64,000 bases of DNA, from contig CAXXTF010000002.1 of NCBI GenBank assembly GCA_963665775.2, forward strand, positions 1,376,001-1,440,000, given 5' to 3'. The position numbers and the translations under genes were made by a program. Shown piece by piece: positions 45,155-54,275 of this stretch. The notes under the pieces were generated by a model. The model made no database searches and was not told the origin of the DNA. It saw nothing but the letters and a program-made list of their open reading frames with translations. This DNA comes from Dehalococcoidia bacterium. GTDB taxonomy: Bacteria > Chloroflexota > Dehalococcoidia > SM23-28-2 > RBG-16-64-32. Numbering within the stretch: the stretch's first letter is position 1; each line of letters opens with the position of its first letter.

Positions 45155-45364
45155 CTACGCCTTGCCTGAGAGGCCGGTGCCAGCGCCGGGAGTGATCAGG
45201 AAGGCTGGCGGCTTTAGGGATTCGCTGGCGGTCTGTGGCTTCAGCTCGTCGTCGTCCTCCGCGGTGAAGCCACAATCCTCGCACATGTAGTATTCTCCCC
45301 ACATGTCCCAGGAGATCCCCAGAGGCTGGCTACAGCAGGGGCAGCGCTGGGGCGTTGGCTGCAT
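45155..45364 (-). CDS. Small zinc-ribbon protein (69 aa)
   Basis: CPCC...CEDCG; AGGAGGT RBS; lies downstream of the c-di-AMP riboswitch. Confidence 0.78.
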   Translation of the reverse strand: MQPTPQRCPCCSQPLGISWDMWGEYYMCEDCGFTAEDDDELKPQTASESLKPPAFLITPGAGTGLSGKA

Positions 45365-45391
45365 CTTGCCTCACCTCCTGTTAGCGCGACC

Positions 45392-45430
45392 AAAAAATAT
45401 AGCGGGCCGGAGGGCATAGCCCCGGCCCGA
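45392..45430 (-). terminator. Terminator of the c-di-AMP riboswitch leader
   Basis: CGGGCCGG...CCGGCCCG hairpin followed by CTATATTTTTT on minus strand. Confidence 0.72.
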
Positions 45431-45442
45431 TGGCTGCTATGA

Positions 45443-45580
45443 CCTCTTTCAGCGGCCTGCGAGGTTAGCTGTCGGGTTAGGGCTGAAAGAGCTGCCCTTT
45501 CGCCGCCGGCGAATTCACCCCAGTCGGTCGGGTCCCCCGCTCTCCGCTCTGGCTATCTGGCCAGGCGGCAGATTCGGCCT
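45443..45580 (-). ncRNA. c-di-AMP (ydaO/yuaA) riboswitch
   Basis: Minus strand GCCGAATC...AGCGGGGGACCC...GGGGTGAAT...AGGG...AACCCGACAGCTAACCTCGCAGGC matches the ydaO consensus blocks. Confidence 0.9.
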
Positions 45581-45774
45581 AGCTTGGTCGCGAACTCGAA
45601 TACACAATAGAAGGCGATCCAGGATTTGTCAACGCGAATCGCCGTTCGGCTGTTAGAGTCGGCTGCCGCGGCGCCCCTCTGAAAGCTCACACCGCCGTGA
45701 CTCTTTCCTCTTATCGAGATGTAGCTGGCATTTGCCTGTAACGGCTGGGCTGCCGGCGCGTCTCTACAATTGGC

Positions 45775-46572
45775 ATGACCACACGAAGCTTGTCTAGAGG
45801 GAGATCGTCTGCCCAACTCCAGGAGCTGAGCAGCAATGTGGGAGCCAAGGCTGCCCTTGCCCTAGCCGACGCCGAACTGTGGTCGCCGGCCCTGGAGGCC
45901 TCTCTTCAGGACCTCGGCTTCAGCGTCTCCTTCGCCTTCGAGCTTCACGAGCTGTTTGAGGCCTCTCGCACCGAGACCGCTACCCTGCTGATCTTGGCCA
46001 AACGCAACCCTCGCTTCGTGGTACAGGCCTGCCGCGCTATGCGAGGCCTTCAGGACGTGCCTATCTTCGTCATCATGCCTGAGGAGAGCGATCTCATTCC
46101 TGTGCTGGACGCTGGCGCTGACGATGCCGTCGTCGCCCGTGTGGACCCCGGCGTCTTCGCCGCCCGCGCCCGCGCCCTCCTCCGGCGGGTCCACCGCTCC
46201 ACCCGCGGCAGTGTTATCGCCATCCGCGATCTGGAGATCGATCTGGACACCTGCCAAGTCACTATGGGGGGCCGCATCATTGCCCTCACTCCCACTGAGT
46301 TTCGCCTTCTGGCCATTCTGATCCAGAGCGCCGGCCGCGTTCTGGATGCCCGTACCCTCCTTTCCGCCGTTCATGAACACGACTACAGTGATCGTGACGC
46401 TCAGAGCCTGGTTAAGGTTCACATCGCCAACATCCGCCGCAAGCTGAACGACTCCCACACAGACAGTCCCTACATCCTTTGCGTCCGCGGCTTCGGCTAC
46501 ATGTTGGAGCGCCGCTTCGAGCCTCGGGAAGGCGATCCCCTGGCTCCTCTCATCAAGACCGGTGCCTCCTAG
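45775..46572 (+). CDS. OmpR/PhoB-family regulator with degenerate receiver domain
   Basis: GADD, LTPTEFRLL, VKVHIANIRRKL, VRGFGY. Phospho-acceptor strand reads LLILAK (no Asp). Confidence 0.85.
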   Translation: MTTRSLSRGRSSAQLQELSSNVGAKAALALADAELWSPALEASLQDLGFSVSFAFELHELFEASRTETATLLILAKRNPRFVVQACRAMRGLQDVPIFVIMPEESDLIPVLDAGADDAVVARVDPGVFAARARALLRRVHRSTRGSVIAIRDLEIDLDTCQVTMGGRIIALTPTEFRLLAILIQSAGRVLDARTLLSAVHEHDYSDRDAQSLVKVHIANIRRKLNDSHTDSPYILCVRGFGYMLERRFEPREGDPLAPLIKTGAS

Positions 46573-46721
46573 AGTCCCTGGGCCGTAGCAACCCCCCGTT
46601 TCCCAATCTGAGCCCTGAGCGGCTGGCACCGTTGGCGTTTGACCGCAATTATCGCTCTGTAATGATTGGCTGTCTGAATCGTCATAGCAGATAGGCTATC
46701 TAGATAAGGGAGGGAGAACAG

Positions 46722-47696
46722 ATGTGGGAACGGTTTGGGATACCACTAAAGTTGGTCCGCAAGTTGTTGAGAGATAAGAGCGGCCGGCTGTTCGTCGGCC
46801 TCGCCGTGGTCCTGGGCGTTATCGGACTCACACTTACATTTTTGGCGGTGCCTGGCTATAACGTTGAGGCTGATGGTCAGGGTAGTCCAGCGGCCTGCAA
46901 AAGTCCGAATGCAGACGTCACTAGCATTGAGGGCGACCCTGTCGCTCAATATGACGCCAGCCCTAATACCGTAACGGGTGTCTGTATCAAGTCAGGCTCT
47001 AACATGTTCGGAAGCAACCAACACAGTGGCTTAATAGAGGTAGATGGAAATTACGGTGGCCCCGCCCCGGGCAGCGATTGCTACACGGTTGCCGGCATTG
47101 GAACTACGATTGTCACTGTCACCAGAACCGCTTTAAGTCCTAGCTGCCAAGTACTAGGTCACATAGACGTCATCATCGATCCGGCGACAGCGTCGCCGAG
47201 TCCGTCGCCCTCGCCGACCCCAACACCGACCCCAACGCCAACGCCAACGGGGACGCCGACCGCAACGCCGGCGGAGACGGGGACGCCGACCGGGACGCCG
47301 ACCGCGACGCCGACCGGGACGGGGACGCCGACCCCAACACCGACCGCGACACCGACCGCGACGCCAACGGGGACGCCGGCGGAGACGGGGACGCCGACGC
47401 CGACCCCGACACCGACCGCGATACCGACCGCAACGCCGGCGGAGACGGGGACGCCGACGCCGACCCCAACACCGACCGGGACGCCGGCGGGTTCAGCCGA
47501 GACGCCTGAACCCACGCCCACGCCTGGTGAACTGCCGAATGGCGGCGGCCCTCCTCCCGCGGCCACGGGCGGAAGCGATTCCTGGCTGGCGCTGCTGCTC
47601 TTGGCCGGCGGTATTGCGCTGGTGATAGGCGGAGCGAGCCCCATAGTTGGCCTTATAGCCGCCTATAGACGATCACCCAATCGGCGCCGCATGTAG
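46722..47696 (+). CDS. Surface protein with P/T repeat stalk and LPxxG-like C-terminal sorting signal
   Basis: Signal/TM helix, Cys-containing domain, long TP/TGT repeats (47190-47525), LPNGG + hydrophobic helix + basic tail. Confidence 0.78.
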   Translation: MWERFGIPLKLVRKLLRDKSGRLFVGLAVVLGVIGLTLTFLAVPGYNVEADGQGSPAACKSPNADVTSIEGDPVAQYDASPNTVTGVCIKSGSNMFGSNQHSGLIEVDGNYGGPAPGSDCYTVAGIGTTIVTVTRTALSPSCQVLGHIDVIIDPATASPSPSPSPTPTPTPTPTPTGTPTATPAETGTPTGTPTATPTGTGTPTPTPTATPTATPTGTPAETGTPTPTPTPTAIPTATPAETGTPTPTPTPTGTPAGSAETPEPTPTPGELPNGGGPPPAATGGSDSWLALLLLAGGIALVIGGASPIVGLIAAYRRSPNRRRM

Positions 47697-47855
47697 ACCA
47701 CCTGGCGCCCTTTGCAGTTGACCGCAAAGGTATAGCTCCAGGCGGTTGCTACTATCGACTCCACGCCGGTGGTCACTAGAATAGCGGCAGCTAGTCGGCG
47801 AGGGCCGATAGCGATTTGCGGTGAGTCAGGAAAACAGATACGATTTCAGCGGGGA

Positions 47856-47930
47856 GGGCCTGTAGCTCAGCGGTAGAGCTCCGGACTTTTAATCCGGGAG
47901 TCGTGGGTTCGAATCCCACCGGGCCCTCCA
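47856..47930 (+). tRNA. tRNA-Lys(TTT)
   Basis: CCGGA-CTTTTAA-TCCGG, TTCGAAT, CCA end. Confidence 0.95.
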
Positions 47931-48305
47931 CACTTAGATGTAAAGAGCCGGCCGGCGCGAATCTGGTATCTGGCCTCTAGACTCCCGGAGTGGATATCCG
48001 GGACTCTATGTGAGGTACTCTTGGTTTTTCGCATTCTTCTCCTTTGAAGCTATGGAACCTAGATGGTGTACGGGACGTCGAAATTCAGATGGGGCGTAGC
48101 GGGGTGCATTGACAGCTCAAGGGAACAGGAGTGAGATGTCGCCGAAGGGGAGGCTGTCGATCATGGCCTCGGGAGAGAGCCCACCCCGCCCCGAGGCGAA
48201 AACTCTCGGACGGGTCGTGTCATGCGGTCGGTAGCAGACATGACAACCTGGATCGAGGAGCTGAAGCGGAGTGAGTACGAAGCGCCAACATAGCTGGGAT
48301 AGATA

Positions 48306-49082
48306 ATGAAACGCGGCTTTGTCCTGGCCATCATCGCGGGAGCGATACTGGCGGTGACCGCCATCGCGTGTGGGGGCGGAGATGGAGACGATGCTGCCGC
48401 AAGCCCGACATCTACTCCGACGCCAGCTGCGACAGGCGAGGCAACTTCGACTCCAGCGCGTACCGCTACGCCAGCACCGACCCCGTCTCAGACGCCAGAT
48501 TCGCAGGACGCTCAGACGGATATTCGAGCGGAGGATCAGGCCCTGGCTGACAGCGTAGTACTGAAATTATCGGATTTTGCGACTGGTTGACGGGCCGATG
48601 AGAGCGACGATGAAGACGACGATGAGAATGGGTGTGGTCAGCCGGATTACTCTGCCCTGACGATTACTGGAAGGGCGGACTCGCCGACCTTCACGCGGGG
48701 TTCGGTGGCAAGTGTCTCTTCCACCGCAGTGGTTTACACATCGCAAGATGATGCGATTAGCGCCTATCAATTGTTTGAAGGGGCCGTTAATCAGGAAATA
48801 GGCGATTGCTTGGCCGAAACACTCGAAGACACGGACGGGATAAAGGTAATCGACATCTCGGCTGGAAGGTTGTCATTTCCCAGTTTTGGTGATCGCTCGG
48901 CTGCCTATCAGATTGCGATCGAATATGAATCCGAAGGGCTGACGCCAACATTCTATGTTGACATAGTAGTTCTTCAAGACGGCCGCGCACTTGCCGCCCT
49001 GATCTATTTAGACCTCCTTACCCCTTTTTCCGACTCAGAGAAGGAACGCCTAACCGAGATAGTCGCGGGCCGCATGCAATAA
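48306..49082 (+). pseudogene. P/T-linker lipoprotein with in-frame TGA at 48588
   Basis: ORFs 48306-48590 and 48705-49082 are in the same frame (LKLSDFATG*RADE...); lipobox AIAC. Confidence 0.7.
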
Positions 49083-49128
49083 CGACATGAACTACCTTGG
49101 ACGATCGAGGATCTCAAGCATGGGGAGT

Positions 49129-49854
49129 ATGAAGAGGCGCCATATCAGGCATAGAGGGAAGCCATGCAGCATTGCCCCGGTCCTCATCGGGGGAGCGATA
49201 TTGGCCCTGTCCGCCATCGCTTGCGGAGGCGAAGGCGGGGGAGGTGCCACTGCAAGCCCAACGGATAGTCCAGCCCCAACAGCCCAGGTAACCGCGACCG
49301 CGGCGCCCACTGCTTCCCCAACATCGACGCCCAGCCCGACACCTACCCAAACGCCAGTCCCGACTCCCTCACCCACGCCGACTCCTACCCCAGCGCCAGA
49401 TGGCAGCTCTAGGGCCAAAGCTGTTGCTGCCGGCGGAACTCTAATCCGGCCGGATGGCTATGAGATCCGAGTGCTCGAGTCGAATTGGGACGCTTGGCCC
49501 CTGGTGCTTGCGGAGAACCAGTTCAATGATCCACCGGCCGAAGGCAATCGCATGGTACTAGTGAGAGTACGCGTTTCCGTAGGGGTGGAAGCACTCGATG
49601 ACGACGAAGATACCATCATGGTTCGAGACTCCGATTTTTCCCTTGTCGGCTCCAACAATGAGGTTTATACGCCGTTCTTTAATTACTGCGGCGTGATACC
49701 CGATGAGCTAAGGGGCGAACTGTTCCCGCCGGCTGGTGCTGAAGGCAACGTTTGCTTTGAGGTTCCAGCCGACGAGACTGACTTCATCCTGATTCATGAG
49801 CCATTCTTAGAGTTCTTCGCCGATCGATGGTACTTGGAATTGGGAAGCCCATGA
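49129..49854 (+). CDS. P/T-linker lipoprotein, DUF4352-like C-terminal domain
   Basis: Lipobox AIAC, ENQFNDPP.EG...VLVRV, GELFP....GNVCFEVP. Confidence 0.75.
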   Translation: MKRRHIRHRGKPCSIAPVLIGGAILALSAIACGGEGGGGATASPTDSPAPTAQVTATAAPTASPTSTPSPTPTQTPVPTPSPTPTPTPAPDGSSRAKAVAAGGTLIRPDGYEIRVLESNWDAWPLVLAENQFNDPPAEGNRMVLVRVRVSVGVEALDDDEDTIMVRDSDFSLVGSNNEVYTPFFNYCGVIPDELRGELFPPAGAEGNVCFEVPADETDFILIHEPFLEFFADRWYLELGSP

Positions 49855-50094
49855 TGGCCCCCTTGTGGACAGCGCATAACTGCACGCAAGAAGTGGGGGT
49901 CCAGGAGGGTCAGGGCCGGCCATCGCTATCTCGGCACCTCCCTGGCGAGGAGGGAGAAGATGAGCGGTGTAAGGCGGCGTTTGCCACCGATGTACGCCGG
50001 GAGCGCTTTGAAGAGTTTGTGCATTCCGATTATCATTAGTCTCAAAAGGGAACATCCTATGTGTCTCGAAGTACTTAGAGAGGGAGTCAGGGCC

Positions 50095-50628
50095 ATGGCG
50101 CGGTGGCAAGTCCGCCTCGCGGACTCAGCCTATGAAGATGTGATAAACGGTAAGATTGAAAAGGCTGAGGCTTGGGCTGCTACGGAGGCGGAGACAACTC
50201 CCAACTTCGGCGGCTACTGGGACACCCTGCATTCCGAATCTGGCAAAACTGGCCCGCACGAGTGGAACTTCTGGGTCGGGTACGTGGCAACTGGTAATCG
50301 GGAAGCTGAACAACTCACTCCCCAGTGGGACTTCAGTCGCCTGGACGATCGCCACGTGCCCTCTGTCCGTGTCGAGTGCAATAGTCTGAGCTATGCGGAC
50401 GAGACATTTCTTCGGTTCGCAGATGATCTAAAGGCCGATTCTGAATCCGGCGCGCTTGTCGTGGAATCGACAGGCATCCCACTTGCATGCTTCCTGCGGA
50501 AACCGAGTCTTAAGGAAAAGCGTGTCTTGGGACGATACGTTCGGCCGACGATAATAGTAGGTAGGGAGACGGACGGCCACGAAGTTCTCGCGCAGATCAG
50601 TGCGTCAACCCCCTTCAGATACGGATGA
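50095..50628 (+). CDS. Hypothetical protein (3' end formed by an IS end)
   Basis: GGGAG RBS; stop codon lies within the 50616-50644 repeat. Confidence 0.5.
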   Translation: MARWQVRLADSAYEDVINGKIEKAEAWAATEAETTPNFGGYWDTLHSESGKTGPHEWNFWVGYVATGNREAEQLTPQWDFSRLDDRHVPSVRVECNSLSYADETFLRFADDLKADSESGALVVESTGIPLACFLRKPSLKEKRVLGRYVRPTIIVGRETDGHEVLAQISASTPFRYG

Positions 50629-50788
50629 CATTTTGCCCCCTACAATTCTAGTCAGCCATGAGGTCCTTCGGCACCCGAATCTGACCCGCCGTCTTGCGAA
50701 TCGAAAGCATGAGCGGTCCTCCCAGGAGGGCGCCAGCGGGTGTGCGACGGGCGACCTGAGCGATCAACCTACGAGACGTGAAGAATGG

Positions 50789-51682
50789 ATGGGATCCTTG
50801 AGACGGTTCCTGAACAGACCTAGACTCGTACGTCGAAGATGGCTGGTGCCGGGCCTCGGCGTGAGTCTGGCAACCCTCCTCGTGGCGGCCGCCTGCGGCG
50901 GCGATAGCGATGACGAAGCCGACAGCACACCATCGCCACAGGCGACGTCTCCGTCGCAGGCTACGCCTGACGGAGGCAACGGCGATGAAAGTCCCAGTGG
51001 CGGCGAGACACCCGGCGGCGAATCGCCGGGCACGGATGTCAGCAGCGGTGAGCCAAGGCCCGTAATGACGGCCCCAGCCGTGCAATCGTCTTCTTCGCCG
51101 GCGCCGTCCAGTGTCACCTTCATCTGCACGCTCGTGATCGGTTTCAGCCAGACACGACAATGGTACGAACCGGCCGGCGCCTTCGAGTCCAACGTCGGAA
51201 CAGACCATTGGCAACTACTCTGGGCTGGGGGAGCGGGAGTAGACAGGTGGAGGAACGCTAATTACGAAGGCTGGGCGAGAGAGGTCGCTTCGCCATGCTC
51301 TCAGAATAAGGACTCGCCCGACCGTGTAATTCTAACCATTAGCGGCCCATATGGATCGAACGAGGAAGCTTGGGCACAGGCTATTAGCGAAACGGCGGCA
51401 CTTGTAAGAACGAATTTCCCGTCCGTTCTCCAGATAATCCTTCAGTCCATCGTCGGCGGCCCTGACCACATGGACTGCCCAATTCCTGGTGGGCAGCGGG
51501 TTCGCGCCTCGTGGCAGCATGCTCATATCGACAATGCGATTCTTGCTGTCGTTGACGGAGACATGATCGCAGGCTCTTCGCCCGAAGTTCGAAGCTGCGA
51601 TGACTATGCGGACGAAATCGGGCATCTTACACCCGAGGGCGCGGTTGCGGCTGGCCACGCAATTGCGGAGTTTTACCGGTAA
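50789..51682 (+). CDS. Putative lipoprotein with S/P/T linker
   Basis: Lipobox AAAC, low-complexity linker, Cys-containing globular domain. Confidence 0.7.
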   Translation: MGSLRRFLNRPRLVRRRWLVPGLGVSLATLLVAAACGGDSDDEADSTPSPQATSPSQATPDGGNGDESPSGGETPGGESPGTDVSSGEPRPVMTAPAVQSSSSPAPSSVTFICTLVIGFSQTRQWYEPAGAFESNVGTDHWQLLWAGGAGVDRWRNANYEGWAREVASPCSQNKDSPDRVILTISGPYGSNEEAWAQAISETAALVRTNFPSVLQIILQSIVGGPDHMDCPIPGGQRVRASWQHAHIDNAILAVVDGDMIAGSSPEVRSCDDYADEIGHLTPEGAVAAGHAIAEFYR

Positions 51683-51707
51683 GCAAGGAAGGCACTCATG
51701 CAAAAGT

Positions 51708-52066
51708 TGTGGGGGTGCAAAACTGATCCGCCAGCGTTCTGGGGTCACGCGGCCTGCCTTTCGTATTCGTAGAGCAGGCCGCCAAGCACAGGCCGGGCGA
51801 TGATCCGGCCGCCTGAAACCAGCGCAAGGTGGACAGCTCCGGAGGGCGGATCGAGCTCCAGCGCACGATGTGGCCACACGGCAGGCAGCGGGATGTACCC
51901 TAAGTGACTGTGGGAGGGCAATACTAAACCGGGCCACCTGCTCGGGCTAGCCGGCCGCTGGTCGGCCTGATCGTTGCCCGGCCGGTGCTGGGGGGATTAC
52001 ATCACGAGTACGAATGGCTGGCTGCTTGACCTGTTTCAGATACGGATGACATTTTGCCCCCCTACA
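51708..52066 (+). mobile_element. Internally deleted non-autonomous IS derivative (MITE-like)
   Basis: TGT...ACA inverted ends; retains only the transposase C-terminus IVARPVLGGLHHEYEWLAA*. Confidence 0.72.
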
Positions 52067-52448
52067 GCAGTTCGCCTTGGATGCGGACGGCGCCCCAGCG
52101 GGGGTTGTCGCCAGCCAACCTCTGGATGAGATCTCTCACCTCCGCTGAGATTCGCGGCCGGCCGGGAGGGCGGCGGCTACGCCATGTCCAGTAGTGTCGC
52201 CAGGCCGTGCGATGCCAGCGCACAATGGTGTCGGGTTGGACTACGACAACGGCTGACCGCCAGCGCGACCAGCGGCGGGAGAGCCAGCACCAGAGCAGGC
52301 GGTCCGCCGGTTCAAGGCGCGGGCGCCGGGCCGAGCGCATCAGGATGGCGAGCTGATGGCGCAGGGCCAGGTTCTCAAGTTCGACGTCCTGCCACGCTCG
52401 CAAGGCGTTACGTATAGTGCCGATGAGCAGAGAGAGGTAGATATTCAT
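52062..52448 (-). pseudogene. Truncated integrase-core (rve, IS481/IS3-like) transposase N-terminus
   Basis: ENLALRHQL, QPDTIVRWHR, GRPRI, NPRWGA.RIQGEL; cut by the adjacent element's end; own left end at 52514-52542. Confidence 0.85.
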
Positions 52449-52591
52449 TGGCCAGATCCTCCTTGTAGCGAACGCTACGCGAGAGCTGGCCTCCGATCCA
52501 CCATCCGCGTACTCAGATACGAATTAGTTTTGCACCCCCACAGGTCGCTTTCCATATATAACGAGAGGACATCGCAAGGCACGGGCAGCCC

Positions 52592-52641
52592 CCGGACTTT
52601 TAATCCAGGAGTCGTGGGTTCGAATCCCACCGGGCCCTCCA
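52592..52641 (+). repeat. att-type duplication of tRNA-Lys 3' half
   Basis: 50 bp, one mismatch to 47881-47930. Confidence 0.92.
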
Positions 52642-52960
52642 TCACTTAGATGTAAAGGGCTGGCCCCCCGTGGTCCTTGCCAATGATGGCTGGACTCCCG
52701 GAGTTAGAAACTGGGATTCTGGGACCCGAATCCCATCAGGTACTATGACTGTGGGGTGCCATTATTCCATCCGGTGCCTGAGCTGCCAACCACTGGACCT
52801 CCTGCTTGCCAGGCAGGGAATCTAGTTGGACACTCTCCGCAGGTGCTCCTGGCCATCTAAGACCCAGATCGCCTGGCTGGCCGATCCGAATCTCCAGATA
52901 CGGATGAGGTTTTGGCACCATACAGTCGCTGTGGACAAGCAACCTAGGCACCAGGATCTG

Positions 52961-53006
52961 GCTCCCCCGCAGGGGGCTGTGGGCTCGATCCCCATCGCCC
53001 GCTCCA
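52961..53006 (+). repeat. Degenerate tRNA-Gly 3' fragment
   Basis: ...GTGGGCTCGATCCCCATCGCCCGCTCCA. Confidence 0.65.
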
Positions 53007-53071
53007 AACCCGGGCGAGGAAGCGCCGGCTCGAACAAGGGTATGTGTAGGCGGCATTCATGTTTCGGCCCT

Positions 53072-53413
53072 TTATAGAGCCGCCTCTCCCTTCTCGTCGG
53101 TGCGTACGCTCATCACCTCGATCACATCACTGATGAATATTATGCCATCGCCTATTTCTCCGGTGCGGGCAGCACCTTTGATGACCTGGCACACTCTGTC
53201 GATGTCGGCATCTCGCACCACCAAGGTCAGCCTGGTCTTGGGCAGCATATCTATGACCACCTCCGCTCCAGTCCTGCCGGTGCGCACAATACCTCTCTCA
53301 GAGCCCCGGCCAACCACTGAGACTACGTTGAGCCCCGCGAAGCCTGCCTCGGCCAAGGCAGCCGTCACCGCCGTCACCTTCTCCACGCGGATGATTGCCT
53401 CTATCTTTTTCAT
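53072..53413 (-). CDS. P-II family nitrogen regulator
   Basis: MKKIEAIIR, GRG, MLPK, ARTGEIGDG.IF, VRT. Confidence 0.93.
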   Translation of the reverse strand: MKKIEAIIRVEKVTAVTAALAEAGFAGLNVVSVVGRGSERGIVRTGRTGAEVVIDMLPKTRLTLVVRDADIDRVCQVIKGAARTGEIGDGIIFISDVIEVMSVRTDEKGEAAL

Positions 53414-53524
53414 CGGTCATCTCCTCTCTGATCTCTCTCTCTATCGTAATTCCGGCCCGCTACGATATGGGTTCGTGATGTACACGACTCAAATTGAACA
53501 GCGTAGTTTACATTGCGACTGAAA

Positions 53525-53896
53525 CTACTCCAACGCAGCGCGGGCCTTTTCCAGGTCATCGGCGCCGAAGGCGATCCGTGAGTGCGTGGCCTCGTAAATC
53601 AGCTGTATGTTGACCCCAGCATAGGCCATTCGTCGGGCGAGCTTTGCGATTTCACCAGGTCGATCCGGGACGTCTACGACCAACATCGCACGTTCGCCGC
53701 TAACCTGAAACCCAGCCCCTTCGAGGGCACGTCGCGCTCCCGCTGCGTCCTCCACTAAAATATGGTCGACGGCCCCCACCTCTACTGGGTATCCAAACAT
53801 CCCATCGATGTTGACGCCAGCGTTCCCCAGGGCTTCCAGGATGCCGGCAAGTGAGCCCGGTTGATCCGGCACGAGAAGCATAAGATCCGTAGCCAT
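53525..53896 (-). CDS. Tandem ACT domain protein
   Basis: DQPGSLA...AGVNID; DRPGEIA...AGVNIQ; AGGAGG RBS. Confidence 0.88.
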   Translation of the reverse strand: MATDLMLLVPDQPGSLAGILEALGNAGVNIDGMFGYPVEVGAVDHILVEDAAGARRALEGAGFQVSGERAMLVVDVPDRPGEIAKLARRMAYAGVNIQLIYEATHSRIAFGADDLEKARAALE

Positions 53897-54275
53897 GATT
53901 TTCCTCCTTCGCGTAGTGACTAAACGTCTGCCGCACATTATACCGTGCCACTTAGCTGTGGGGTGGAGCGAGGCCCTAAACAGAGTCGTACACGATAGGA
54001 CTCCGGCTGAAGCACGAGCTAACGAGCGGCGGCCTAACTACGTTCGTGCCGCTGATGTTTCCTTCTTCACATTGAGAGGCAAACCCCCATCTGGTGGTCG
54101 TACTTTTTTACCCCTGCTTATTGTCTAGACCACGCGGGGACCACTGCCTGACCAGAACACGGTGGACGCGCCCTTGGTCTAGACTGGTGTGAAATATTGC
54201 CCATTTGTAGGGCGTTAGCCTGGCTCACTTAGATACGGATGAGCATTGAGCCCCCACACCGCTTTGTCAGGGGGA

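Larger units (their letters stand above)
50616..54258. repeat. Six copies of an IS terminal repeat (TGTRGGGG.GCAAAA..CATCCGTATCTG)
   Basis: Copies at 50616-50644, 51708-51730 (inverted), 52037-52066, 52514-52542, 52895-52924, 54231-54258. Confidence 0.8.

Noticed and set aside
47190-47525. Repetitive tract as a possible CRISPR array
   Set aside because: Repeats are codon-phased Pro/Thr/Gly linker sequence within an ORF; no unique spacers and no cas genes.
50616-54258. Recurrent 29-bp repeat as CRISPR repeats or integron attC sites
   Set aside because: Spacing is irregular (hundreds to >1000 bp), copies end in TGT/ACA and abut transposase remnants, and they lack attC-type palindromy. IS ends fit better.
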